From contig MGFR01000005.1 in NCBI GenBank assembly GCA_001791995.1, positions 26,895 through 90,894 of the forward strand: a stretch of 64,000 bases of DNA. The letters run 5' to 3'. The notes under the pieces are model-generated. The model was not told where the DNA came from, made no database searches, and worked only from the letters and a program-made list of their open reading frames with translations. A program made the position numbers and the translations under genes. Below, in pieces: positions 18,338-27,905 of this stretch (positions are counted from its first letter, which is position 1; each line of letters begins with the position of its first letter). The stretch comes from Candidatus Woesebacteria bacterium RBG_13_46_13 (GTDB lineage: Bacteria > Patescibacteriota > Microgenomatia > UBA8517).

Positions 18338-19335
18338 ACTTTTTTATTAACAAAATCCTTGTAGTGATAATCCCCGTCTTTCGTAAATATCCTTCCACTT
18401 TCATCATAAAAGACTACCCATTCAGCCGGCACATCGAATTTTGGCCAACCGTGTGTATAGCCATATTCCGTGCTTTCCGTTTCTCCCCATGATAACAATA
18501 CGTAAGATATCCCCTTACTCTTATAATCAATTCCTGGTTCATATTCTTTACCGCTCGTCCCCTCCCTGGGATAAATAAAATATCTTATATAGCCATAGTT
18601 CCCACTTTGCGGCCAAGGAAACCCCTGTGGGGGAATTAATATTTTTGCATCTTCCGGAACATACTTATTCACGAATACAACATAATCATAAAAAATTGGC
18701 GTAACTTTCTTGCGTAGTCTTTCCTCCATAGATATACTCGGGTTTCTTATCATAAACTTAAAGTCGCTCAAAAAATTCTTTAAATTAGTGGAGGTGTTAA
18801 CAAAAAACATTATTATAAGAGCTATAAATATTACAAATGAAATATAATGCAGCTCTTTAAAATAATCATGAATTTCTTCTATTTTCTTACTCCGCCCCAG
18901 TGGCGCAATCAATCTCTGCTCCCTATAACCAACAATTAAAAGCGCCGTGCTTAATCCGAGAGGCCAAATCAATGCATTCGGATGTAGGTGAAAAGTACTA
19001 AATACATAATTTGGGTAAATCAGCAGCTCCATAATTGAGAAAAATAGGTATCCGATAACGCTCAACAAAGAAAGGAGCTTCCCAAAACTGAAAGCCAGAT
19101 AACTGTTTGTATATCGTTCGTTGAAGTTGAGAACTTTGAATAATACAAGAAGAAAAAACACAACGCCATAGACGGGATAGACTGATACGTTTAAATTGGT
19201 CATAAACACACCTGGGTATATTATCGCTTCGGTGATACTCATTAGAAACGCTATTCCCCACACAAAGTAAAAAAGATATTTAATCAGTATTGTTGCAGGT
19301 TTTATGAACGCTTTATTTCGTCTTATTCGTTTCAT
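18310..19335 (-). CDS. membrane protein, family 'B' (N-terminal TM region plus C-terminal extracytoplasmic domain)
   Basis: 341 aa. C-terminal motif ILIPPQGFPWPQSGNYGYIRYFIYPR is shared with 20601..21569. Confidence 0.4.
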   Translation of the reverse strand: MKRIRRNKAFIKPATILIKYLFYFVWGIAFLMSITEAIIYPGVFMTNLNVSVYPVYGVVFFLLVLFKVLNFNERYTNSYLAFSFGKLLSLLSVIGYLFFSIMELLIYPNYVFSTFHLHPNALIWPLGLSTALLIVGYREQRLIAPLGRSKKIEEIHDYFKELHYISFVIFIALIIMFFVNTSTNLKNFLSDFKFMIRNPSISMEERLRKKVTPIFYDYVVFVNKYVPEDAKILIPPQGFPWPQSGNYGYIRYFIYPREGTSGKEYEPGIDYKSKGISYVLLSWGETESTEYGYTHGWPKFDVPAEWVVFYDESGRIFTKDGDYHYKDFVNKKVWGVIKIKT

Positions 19336-20611
19336 GTCTTGAGTATCTATCTTTAAACAAATAACTAAGAAGTAAATATCCGCTGATGGGAATTAGAAAA
19401 GTTGAACTGCGCACTAGCGAATTTCCCAATTCATCCCACCAGTCGGACTGAAAGGAAACGAAATAAAGACCTGCAAAATATATGAAAATACAACCTGTAA
19501 TAAAAACCTTGAGAAATAGTATCTGGGGAATTCTCATCGATTTCTTTAAATCGACGAGCAGAGACCCGATATATACCAATAATATTATTCCCCATGATTT
19601 CACAAAAAATATAAAGATTTTCAGCATCGTACCCGTAAATGTACCGATTATGGGTTCCGAGACCTTCAAGAAATCTATGGCAATTATTTGGGGACTTTTG
19701 GCCATCTGGTTCACAAAGTAGCTCCAAGATAAAAACTCTATTAACCCGAAAAGCAGGAATCCCCCACTAAAGATAAGGCCTCTCCTTAGTTTTTTGTCGC
19801 TGTAGCAAGCTATGGCATAAGCTACGGCCGCGGAAATCCATAAGGGCTCGAGAAATCTAATCCATTGGGAAGAAATAACGAGACCAACTCCGAATAATAG
19901 TTTCCATGTTTCCTTTGTCTTTAAATAAGACATTAATAGAAAGACCCCCAGTAATATATAAAGAGAATAAGGCAAGTTTGTATATTCTACCAAAGAAGAT
20001 TCAAAAATCGTGTTGTTGGATAAGGTCGCAAATACCAAAACGGTGCTAAGATTTACCCCCAAATCCTCTTTTGTTGCTAAAAATACTACAAGTCCGAAAA
20101 GTAAATAAATTAGCCAGTAAAATAAACCTATGGGCAGAGCCCTAAAAAGTCCTGACCACAAAAAATGAGCTATCGATGTAAAGGGTGGGTACAAACTATA
20201 ATAGTAACCGTTCTGTGTATCATATTTAGATAAAGAATTCATTTCGGAAAACTTAATCCCTTCTTTTAGATACTTCGCCCTGGCATCGTATAAAGCCACG
20301 GCATCCCACCCGAGAGAGGTTTTCTGATAATTTAAATAAAACGACACCGAAACGATAAATAGGGTTATGACAAGAGCTAATATTCCTATTCTTGAGAGCT
20401 TAGTGGTCTCGCTCGGCCTTTTTTGAATTTTTTTCTTAAAGGCAAAGCTTAATATCCCCACCACAAACAGCATTATTAATACTAAAAAGGGGGTTACCGT
20501 AGAGAGATGTTTTAAAATTAACGGCTCAATTTGCAAAAAAATTAGCTTTTCTGCTATCATCACCCCCAGCAAGACTGTTGAGATAATAAATAATCCCATT
20601 TTACGGCTCAA
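19313..20611 (-). CDS. polytopic membrane protein, family 'A' paralog
   Basis: WDAVALYDARAK, EYTNLPYSLYILLG, SQWIRFLEPLW; paralogous to 16952..18337. Confidence 0.45.
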   Translation of the reverse strand: MSRKMGLFIISTVLLGVMIAEKLIFLQIEPLILKHLSTVTPFLVLIMLFVVGILSFAFKKKIQKRPSETTKLSRIGILALVITLFIVSVSFYLNYQKTSLGWDAVALYDARAKYLKEGIKFSEMNSLSKYDTQNGYYYSLYPPFTSIAHFLWSGLFRALPIGLFYWLIYLLFGLVVFLATKEDLGVNLSTVLVFATLSNNTIFESSLVEYTNLPYSLYILLGVFLLMSYLKTKETWKLLFGVGLVISSQWIRFLEPLWISAAVAYAIACYSDKKLRRGLIFSGGFLLFGLIEFLSWSYFVNQMAKSPQIIAIDFLKVSEPIIGTFTGTMLKIFIFFVKSWGIILLVYIGSLLVDLKKSMRIPQILFLKVFITGCIFIYFAGLYFVSFQSDWWDELGNSLVRSSTFLIPISGYLLLSYLFKDRYSRHETNKTK

Positions 20612-21569
20612 TATAAAATATTTTTATACCTTTATCCTCTGAAAACAACTTTATTTTAGAGAAAGTAAGTACTTTATTTTCCCCCATGGTCAAGGTTTTA
20701 TCGTGTAAACTAATCCCTGGCCAATACTTTGACCTTAGCGCTTCGTTTACTTCAACAAAGTACACCCTTCCTATTTCATTGAAAGTTTTTTGATCTAATA
20801 CATTTGCGCTGACTAAAATCCTGGGGTAAAGAAAATATCGTACCACGGGAGGATTACCCAATGCCGGCCAGATACTATTGCTTTGCGGGGGCAATACGAT
20901 ATTGGCGTTTTTAGGTGTTTTTATCCTTAGGGCTTCAATGTATTCAAAAAGTTCAAACCTCTGATCATAGTCCTGCGAGGCATAGTTAGAATATCCTGGC
21001 AAGTTAATAAAGGTAAACGCCGAATGCCATCCCAAAATCGTAAGACCTCCGATAATAATAAGGCTATTAAACCAGCCGAGTTTGCCAAAAAGATTTACGG
21101 GAGAGGTATCTGTAGATTTAATTTTTAGTTTCCTGGAAAAATCCGGTGCACAGAAATATAAAAACGATAGGATTAGACCAGCTTCCAATATATTACTTAG
21201 GAGCGGGATTTTTAATCCATATGTTGAATAGAGAAAATTATGATAGTTCTTCGCCTCGAGGTTCATTAGGTACATAATACCGACAAAGGATACAATTGCC
21301 GTTATCCCAACTGCGTGCAATTCAAGCTTGCGCATTTTCTTTCCTCGTGAATATTTCCAAACCCATGCGAGTATAGAAACGGCCAAAAGCAGAAATAAAA
21401 AGATAGAGCTTTTCTCTCCGAGAGAAAGTGCGAATTTTAAAGGCTCGAAAACTTCTTTGACACTAGTAATATAAAGGTATTTTAACGATCCAAAAATGGG
21501 GGTAACAAGAATACTCGCCCAAATAACAAACAAGACCCCAGCTTTCGAAAATATATTAAGTATTCTCAT
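20601..21569 (-). CDS. membrane protein, family 'B' paralog
   Basis: IVLPPQSNSIWPALGNPPVVRYFLYPR; paralogous to 18310..19335. Confidence 0.4.
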   Translation of the reverse strand: MRILNIFSKAGVLFVIWASILVTPIFGSLKYLYITSVKEVFEPLKFALSLGEKSSIFLFLLLAVSILAWVWKYSRGKKMRKLELHAVGITAIVSFVGIMYLMNLEAKNYHNFLYSTYGLKIPLLSNILEAGLILSFLYFCAPDFSRKLKIKSTDTSPVNLFGKLGWFNSLIIIGGLTILGWHSAFTFINLPGYSNYASQDYDQRFELFEYIEALRIKTPKNANIVLPPQSNSIWPALGNPPVVRYFLYPRILVSANVLDQKTFNEIGRVYFVEVNEALRSKYWPGISLHDKTLTMGENKVLTFSKIKLFSEDKGIKIFYIEP

Positions 21570-23203
21570 TTAAATTTCCTTATTTCCCAATATAGAGATA
21601 TCGAATCACCCAAGTATTCGTTGGTATCTATAATCGTCTTGAGGGGGTGCATAGTAAATGATTCTCTAAAAAAAAGCGGATTAATTTGTGGAATTTTATA
21701 GGAAAAGCTTTCTATCAGTTCCATTTTAGATAACTCGTTTTTAGACAACAAAGGAATAACCGCTGTTCTACTAAATAAATATTTGCATCTGTCTTGGTTG
21801 TTTTCTAATACATAGAAGTTCGGGGTTGTGTTGTATAAATAACGAAGGGCTTTCGGGATGCTAAGATATATTTCGGAATTATCCAACATATAACCGGAGT
21901 TAATACAAACCCCCTTACTATTAAATGATTTGATAGCCTCAACCTGCTCTTTTTCAAAATACAGAAAGGATTCAAAAAATCTACTATAGTTAATAGATCT
22001 CGCTAAGTTCAGAGGAAATCCCCTAAAGAAAAGATTACTTAATATTAGTAGTACCACTGCTTGAATTACATATTTTGAATATGGATTTGTAGTTTTGAGT
22101 TTTAAAATCGCTAAAATATTTTCGTATAGTATTTTAAGGAGATATGTTGATACTATCGCGATTGCCCAGATGGCCATCAATTGATATCTGTCCAGGATGT
22201 ACTTCCAAGGAAAAAGTACTACCGTAAAGAAAAATAGGAATGCAATCCAATACCAGAATCGATTATCAAATGAGGTCTTTCTATGTTTTAATAAAACCCA
22301 GTTTAAAAGAATTAGGGGTATGATTAATTTTAAAAACGGCATTGTCGAGTTAGAAATAATATTCATTATTGCCTTCCCGTTATCTATAAAGATTGGCAAG
22401 GACAAAACATAATAAGATGTGTACCCACTTATTTTATCCTGCGTCAAATTCTTGCCGGTATACGACCAAATCATACTCATGCCCCAAAACATGAAGGGAA
22501 TAATAATTAAACCCCAATCCATCTTCCTTATTCTTAACCTAACTCTAAATGCTTCGTAGATAAAGATTGCTGGAATAACGACAAAGGTGTTTTCTTTTAT
22601 AAAAAGAGTAATTATCAATATAACTAAAAGTCCGGCGTAGTAAATCTTTTTCGGTATCTTATATTTGGATATTATTTTTTCTTTTTCAAGAAACAAAAGA
22701 GAGAAAATCCCCAACAAAAAAACGGAATATGGCTCATTCGGTCCCAACCTAATAATGTTTTCTGTAAATGAAAAATTGGTGAAATAAATTAAACTAGCCA
22801 GAACGAGAAATAATCCCCCCATGCCCATCGATATGCACGTTAAAGCCAGTGTGATTACCGACAGGAAGCCAATGCCATAAGCTCTAAATAAATGTTCGGT
22901 GGTAGGATTCTCCCCCAGCCCGGTATGCGTCAGGGCACCGATAACCCACCAGGCAGGTCTTAACCTCCGGCTCCCTATATCAAATACACGACTAAGGGCA
23001 TCATTGCACTCTTTTTTGTAAATACATTTTTTCAGGTATTCAGAGGTTTCAACCTGGTTTGTTATATCATCGATAAGAGAAATACGGTTAAATACCTGAG
23101 GTCGAAGAATAAAATACGAGTACCCAAAATAGAGCAGAGTAATTATTCCCAGAAGCATTGCCCTCCCGAAGGTTGCTTTAATATTTACGGCTTTTTTAGA
23201 CAT
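21566..23203 (-). CDS. polytopic membrane protein, putative GT-C-fold glycosyltransferase (unassigned family)
   Basis: 545 aa with more than 10 TM; first-loop acidic motif (SLIDDITNQ); hydrophilic C-terminal about 150 aa. Confidence 0.4.
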   Translation of the reverse strand: MSKKAVNIKATFGRAMLLGIITLLYFGYSYFILRPQVFNRISLIDDITNQVETSEYLKKCIYKKECNDALSRVFDIGSRRLRPAWWVIGALTHTGLGENPTTEHLFRAYGIGFLSVITLALTCISMGMGGLFLVLASLIYFTNFSFTENIIRLGPNEPYSVFLLGIFSLLFLEKEKIISKYKIPKKIYYAGLLVILIITLFIKENTFVVIPAIFIYEAFRVRLRIRKMDWGLIIIPFMFWGMSMIWSYTGKNLTQDKISGYTSYYVLSLPIFIDNGKAIMNIISNSTMPFLKLIIPLILLNWVLLKHRKTSFDNRFWYWIAFLFFFTVVLFPWKYILDRYQLMAIWAIAIVSTYLLKILYENILAILKLKTTNPYSKYVIQAVVLLILSNLFFRGFPLNLARSINYSRFFESFLYFEKEQVEAIKSFNSKGVCINSGYMLDNSEIYLSIPKALRYLYNTTPNFYVLENNQDRCKYLFSRTAVIPLLSKNELSKMELIESFSYKIPQINPLFFRESFTMHPLKTIIDTNEYLGDSISLYWEIRKFK

Positions 23204-24642
23204 AGCTGAACGGATCCTCCGATGTATCTAAAGAGAGGCCATCTTGTAAATCTTGCGGTTATTCTATCAAGAAAAACTAATAATTTATCTGGTAATATCT
23301 CTAACGGAAAAAGATATTCTGACTGCGTAATTTTTATAACTTCTAATCCTGGGAAGTATTTATCAGTTTTTAATGGATTAATACCCCATTCTCCAGGAGA
23401 ATCGCCAACCTTTTTCTTTAGAAAAGGTGTGGATTTTATTAGAAATACAATCGGATTGAGTATGTTAGGTTCGTAAAAGAATACTATTCCGCCAGGTTTG
23501 ATTAATCTTTCAACTTCTTCGTTGGTACGTCTGATGTTAAGGTGATGAAGGACGTAAAAGCCGCAAATTACTTCGACTGACTCTTCTCTCAGTGGGACTT
23601 TATAGGCTGAAGCATTCAAGAAATCTATATTTTTCAGTTTTCTACATTTGAGCCTAGCGCGTACAAGAACCTTCGAAGAGATATCGAGTGCAACAATCTT
23701 TGCCTTGGGAAGCATGGCAGCGATGTGGCGCGTATACTCTCCGGTACCACAACCCAGCTCGAGAATTCGCGAATTTTCTAAATTATTTTGTTTGACAAAC
23801 TTTACAAATTCTCGACATTTTTTTGTTATTTTATATTTGGTGAATTTTTGATCATACCCGTAGGTTTTGTCGTATATATCTGCCCCTGAATCAAAATGTT
23901 CCTTTTCTTCAAGCTCCTGTGAAAGAATTGGTGTAGGCTTTGCGAGGCTGCCCCTTTCATCTCTTTTCCGTAGTGCCCGGGAGAGCTCAAATAAGTCAAT
24001 AAATGTTTGGAGAGACCTGCTTCCAAATCTTGGCGGTCTTTTTTCCGAGATATTAACGGGTAGGTCAACCCTTTTAAAATTTTGTCTTTCACTTTTGAGA
24101 ATAAACTCCGTATCGAATATCCCGCTTGTTGTTGAGCATTTGGGTAAAACTTCATCGATGGCTGTTTTTCTGATTAGTTTAATTCCGTGGGTGTCGGTTC
24201 CCTTAAAACCATAGAAAATCTTCAAATAGTAATTGAACATTAAAGAAACAAGGTGCCTTAAAAATGGCCTCTCGTCTTTTGCACCTTTGGCCAGCTTTGA
24301 ACCGATAATGATATCGTTGCCCTTCATGTCCACATCGACGTAGTCGATAAGTCTAAAATCATAAAAATCGACATTGTAAATAATCACATAGTCCCCTTTT
24401 GCTTCTTTAAGGCCCTTCCTGGATGCATATCCGTAACCAGGCTTGGATTTGAGAATTTTGACTTGGGGAATTCTTCGGATAATTCTGAGGAGGATCTCTT
24501 CGGTTGCATCCTCCGAACCATTGACAACTACAAGGATTTCGAACGAATAACCTCTCTTCTTTATGTATCCTGCTATGTCCTTTACGGTTTTTTCAATCAG
24601 CTCCTGCTCGTTTCTTGCCGGTAAAATTACGGATACTTTCAT
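23185..24642 (-). CDS. bifunctional GT2 glycosyltransferase (N-terminal) + class I SAM methyltransferase (C-terminal) fusion
   Basis: N-terminal MKVSVILPARNEQELIEKTV...ILVVVNGSEDAT...IIYNVDFYDF (GT2, DxD-like). C-terminal ILELGCGTGEYTRHIAAML...IVALDIS...IKPGGIVFF (methyltransferase motifs I-III). Confidence 0.75.
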   Translation of the reverse strand: MKVSVILPARNEQELIEKTVKDIAGYIKKRGYSFEILVVVNGSEDATEEILLRIIRRIPQVKILKSKPGYGYASRKGLKEAKGDYVIIYNVDFYDFRLIDYVDVDMKGNDIIIGSKLAKGAKDERPFLRHLVSLMFNYYLKIFYGFKGTDTHGIKLIRKTAIDEVLPKCSTTSGIFDTEFILKSERQNFKRVDLPVNISEKRPPRFGSRSLQTFIDLFELSRALRKRDERGSLAKPTPILSQELEEKEHFDSGADIYDKTYGYDQKFTKYKITKKCREFVKFVKQNNLENSRILELGCGTGEYTRHIAAMLPKAKIVALDISSKVLVRARLKCRKLKNIDFLNASAYKVPLREESVEVICGFYVLHHLNIRRTNEEVERLIKPGGIVFFYEPNILNPIVFLIKSTPFLKKKVGDSPGEWGINPLKTDKYFPGLEVIKITQSEYLFPLEILPDKLLVFLDRITARFTRWPLFRYIGGSVQLCLKKP

Positions 24643-24643
24643 A

Positions 24644-26125
24644 TCAGTAGCCTAAAAATTGCCTCGCCCAAATGTATACTCCTTCCCCTCCCGGATAACT
24701 CTCTTTGCCGTACCACGCCCGGTATTTACCCGAGAAAAAGGCCTGAAAAAAGTTGTTGTCCGAAAGAGAAGTTTTCACAACGGTTGTCGGAAGCCAAGGT
24801 AGGGTGTTATCCTCTGGCATGTCAAAGAAAACGATGTTGCTAAAGACAGAAAAGTTTTTCTCGTTACTCTTTAGGAATTCGTAGACATTCTTAGAAATTT
24901 CCTCTCCTCGGGTTATCCAGCTTGTCTTTGCGGTTAGGTTAAGAGTGAGAATCGAAAGGGTAAACCAAATGGCAAGAAAAGAGTAAGTTGCGAAGCGCTG
25001 GCGATTAGATAAAAGTAGGCAGGCGATAAGGACTACGATACCGAATTGTGGAACCGTTAGGTAAAAGCTAAATTTATGAATCGGCAAAAACAAAACCGGG
25101 ATAAGTGTGCCGACAAACCACAATCCACAAAAAGCCAGGATTTTCCCCTTTTCTGTTTTGAGTTCCCCATTTTTGTTCGTTATAAACCTAAAAAGAGAAT
25201 AAGCCAAAAGAACTATCTGTGCTCCGAACAAGACAAATATGGGAATAATTTCTTTCGAATAGTGCTTAAACAAACTCGGTAGAAACTTTAGTCCCGGACC
25301 CACAAAATCCACAAGCATCTCCGGAATGTTTAAAGACCAAAGAGAATACCAACCCAGGCTGTTGATTATTCTTTTTGGCTCAAATGCCCAAAGGTAGCTA
25401 TCCCCCTTGGCAAAACCGTAGTGGAAGAACCTCATATAGAGGTACCCCGCCAAAACGGCAAAAAATGGAGCAAGGGAATACAAAATCGTTTTTGTAGCCA
25501 CCTTAGTTAGTTTAGTTAATCTGAAATATAGATAGATAAGCGTCAAAACAAAAGGCAGTGTTACGGCAGGCTCTTTACTGGCCAGGCAAAGGACAAAAAA
25601 GAGAAAAGAAAGAATAAGATTTCGTAAGGACCACCTTTTAAGTAGATAAACAAAAGACAAAACACAGGCAAAAAAGAAAAATCCGTAGATTATCTCTTGT
25701 GTTGCCACAAAATAGAGTTGCCCGAAGTGTGTTGCCGAGACGGCATAAAGAAAAGCAGCGGTTAAGACGACTTGGTTCTTAATTTTTGATTTAAGATCGG
25801 GAAATAACTCCTGGGTCAGGCGGTAGACAAAGTAAATGATTCCGAAAAAGAGAATAAAAAGCACAATGTGCATCGGCAAGGGGTTTAGATTGAAAAGCTT
25901 GGCATCGAGAAAGTAAAATACCTGTGTAGCCATTGGCCGATAATTGGGAAATCCTGTAACCGGAGCTGCTAAATTAAAAAAATTAAGGAAATCTTTCAAA
26001 CTGGTAGCTTTTGAAACTACAAAATGAAAAAAATCGTCGTTGGTGAAAAACACAAAAAGGGAACGGAAATAAAGAACAAAAGAAATTAAAAATGTTGCTA
26101 AAAGAAATTTGTGTTTTTTTACCAT
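24644..26125 (-). CDS. polytopic membrane protein, putative GT-C-like (unassigned)
   Basis: 493 aa, 12-13 TM. N-terminal loop motif FTNDDFFHF and YRPMATQVFYF. Confidence 0.4.
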   Translation of the reverse strand: MVKKHKFLLATFLISFVLYFRSLFVFFTNDDFFHFVVSKATSLKDFLNFFNLAAPVTGFPNYRPMATQVFYFLDAKLFNLNPLPMHIVLFILFFGIIYFVYRLTQELFPDLKSKIKNQVVLTAAFLYAVSATHFGQLYFVATQEIIYGFFFFACVLSFVYLLKRWSLRNLILSFLFFVLCLASKEPAVTLPFVLTLIYLYFRLTKLTKVATKTILYSLAPFFAVLAGYLYMRFFHYGFAKGDSYLWAFEPKRIINSLGWYSLWSLNIPEMLVDFVGPGLKFLPSLFKHYSKEIIPIFVLFGAQIVLLAYSLFRFITNKNGELKTEKGKILAFCGLWFVGTLIPVLFLPIHKFSFYLTVPQFGIVVLIACLLLSNRQRFATYSFLAIWFTLSILTLNLTAKTSWITRGEEISKNVYEFLKSNEKNFSVFSNIVFFDMPEDNTLPWLPTTVVKTSLSDNNFFQAFFSGKYRAWYGKESYPGGEGVYIWARQFLGY

Positions 26126-26904
26126 TAATTTGAATAGACCAAAAGCGTCCTCGCTATGTTGTGCAGGTAATGTAGGGCCAAAATCACCGGATTGTCGGTA
26201 TACTTCTCCACAATTTTATCATCAGCCCTTAGCGTTTCCCTAAAGGCAGTCGAGGAAATATTGTCACCCGACATACGAAAGCCAGAAAGACATTTATTTA
26301 CTCGCTTGGGCATCTGGACCCTGCCCAGTTTCAGCCAAAGATCGTATTCCATAACCGAAGTTTTGGTTCCGCTAAAGGGACCGTATTTGTCGTAAGCCCT
26401 ACGGGATAAGAAAACCGACGGTTGCATCAGATAGTTGACCATCAAAAGCACCCAATAACGGTTCTTGCTTAAAAGAAAATTCTTGTATTCGGAAACCCAG
26501 GAGGAGATGGTCTTTCCTTTGCTATCAATAACCTTTCCTCTACCTGCCAGCCAAAGAGTTTGAGGGTGTTTGACAAAATACTCCCCGACCCTTTTTAGGG
26601 CACCTTCGCAGTAAATATCGTCAGCGTTTAGGTATGCGAGTACCTCCCCCGTTGCCTTTTTCAGACCTTTGTTGATTGCATCGGTCTGGCCGTTATCTCT
26701 CTTCGATTCCCACCTAATTATTTTCGGATATCTCTTCGCATATTTTCCAATGGCTGCTACCGTTGCGTCTGTTGAACCTCCGTCCTGGATTATTACTTCA
26801 AGCCTTGGATACTTCTGGGTGATGATCGACTGGAGGGTCTTGCCTATATACTCCGCTTTATTGTATGAAGGAATTACGATTGAAATTTTGGGGAGATGTT
26901 CCAT
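26125..26904 (-). CDS. GT2-family glycosyltransferase
   Basis: ISIVIPSYNKAEYIGKTLQSIITQKYPRLEVIIQDGGSTDAT; YLNADDIY (DxD). Confidence 0.8.
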   Translation of the reverse strand: MEHLPKISIVIPSYNKAEYIGKTLQSIITQKYPRLEVIIQDGGSTDATVAAIGKYAKRYPKIIRWESKRDNGQTDAINKGLKKATGEVLAYLNADDIYCEGALKRVGEYFVKHPQTLWLAGRGKVIDSKGKTISSWVSEYKNFLLSKNRYWVLLMVNYLMQPSVFLSRRAYDKYGPFSGTKTSVMEYDLWLKLGRVQMPKRVNKCLSGFRMSGDNISSTAFRETLRADDKIVEKYTDNPVILALHYLHNIARTLLVYSN

Positions 26905-26907
26905 TCA

Positions 26908-27246
26908 TTATTTTTTCTTCTTGGTATCCCTTAGAGCCAGTTTTCTGACCAGCTCTTCAAGTTTTTTCTCCGTTCTTTTGGATCTAACGTAGGCAGCCGA
27001 AACCAAAGAGATTACAAGAATAAATCCTCCCAGGACCATAAGGTCAAAAACTCTGGTCACAAAAAACGTTCTGGCATAGGTTCTAAGAATTTCAGGGAAA
27101 GCCACCACAAACATTGCCGCTATCCAGATGATTATCCAGGAAAGGATCTCTGTCCCGTTTAGCTGCCCTTTTTTATAGTGAATCAGGGCAAAATAAATCA
27201 TAACCAGAGAAAATATAATGGCGGTAAGCTGTAACCCTAATATCAT
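26908..27246 (-). CDS. small membrane protein (DUF2304-like partner of the polyprenyl-phosphate GT2)
   Basis: 112 aa, 3 TM plus a basic C-terminal tail. Lies immediately downstream of a GtrB/DPM1-like GT2, the usual context for DUF2304. Confidence 0.4.
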   Translation of the reverse strand: MILGLQLTAIIFSLVMIYFALIHYKKGQLNGTEILSWIIIWIAAMFVVAFPEILRTYARTFFVTRVFDLMVLGGFILVISLVSAAYVRSKRTEKKLEELVRKLALRDTKKKK

Positions 27247-27902
27247 CTTTTTAGCCTCCAGCGGAAAACATCCAAGAGAATACCCAAAGCGTCAAGAATG
27301 GAAACTCCCTTGAACTTGTCATAGTATACGGTAGCCACGGGAACCTCGCAATGCGTAAGCCCGAGCCTCCCGCATTTGACCACAGTTTCGGTTTCTACCC
27401 CATAGCCGGTTGATTCCCAGTCAAGCTTTTGAAATGCTCTTTTGGTTAGTCCCCTATAGCCGCAAATCAAGTCGGACACATAAATGTTAAAAAGGAGATT
27501 AACCAAAATTGAGGCCAGTTTATTTCCCACATAGCGCTCAATGGGCACTCCCATGTTCAAATTTCTCGAGCCGAAAACAATATCGTATTTGCCTGTATTT
27601 AGGGCCCGGATAAATTTAGGCAAATCCTCAATCTTGTGTTGCCCATCCGAATCCAAAAAAACCACAGCCTGGGCTCCCATTGAAAAAGCCGCCTCACAAC
27701 CTGTTTTTAGGGCCGAGCCTTTTCCCAAATTTATTCTGTGTCTAAGAAGAGTAACCTTGAATTTCTTTGCCACCTCGCACGTCTTATCCGTCGAACCGTC
27801 GTCGACAACGACGATAGGCAACTTGGTCTTTACGGCATCCGCCAAAACCGCACCGATTCTCTTGGCTTCGTTGTGTGCAGGAATAACAATAAAAATACGC
27901 AT
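27243..27902 (-). CDS. GT2 polyprenyl-phosphate sugar synthase (DPM1/GtrB-like)
   Basis: MRIFIVIPAHNEAKRIGAVL...IVVVDDGSTDKT...VVFLDSDGQH...DIVFGSR. Confidence 0.7.
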   Translation of the reverse strand: MRIFIVIPAHNEAKRIGAVLADAVKTKLPIVVVDDGSTDKTCEVAKKFKVTLLRHRINLGKGSALKTGCEAAFSMGAQAVVFLDSDGQHKIEDLPKFIRALNTGKYDIVFGSRNLNMGVPIERYVGNKLASILVNLLFNIYVSDLICGYRGLTKRAFQKLDWESTGYGVETETVVKCGRLGLTHCEVPVATVYYDKFKGVSILDALGILLDVFRWRLKR

Positions 27903-27905
27903 TAT

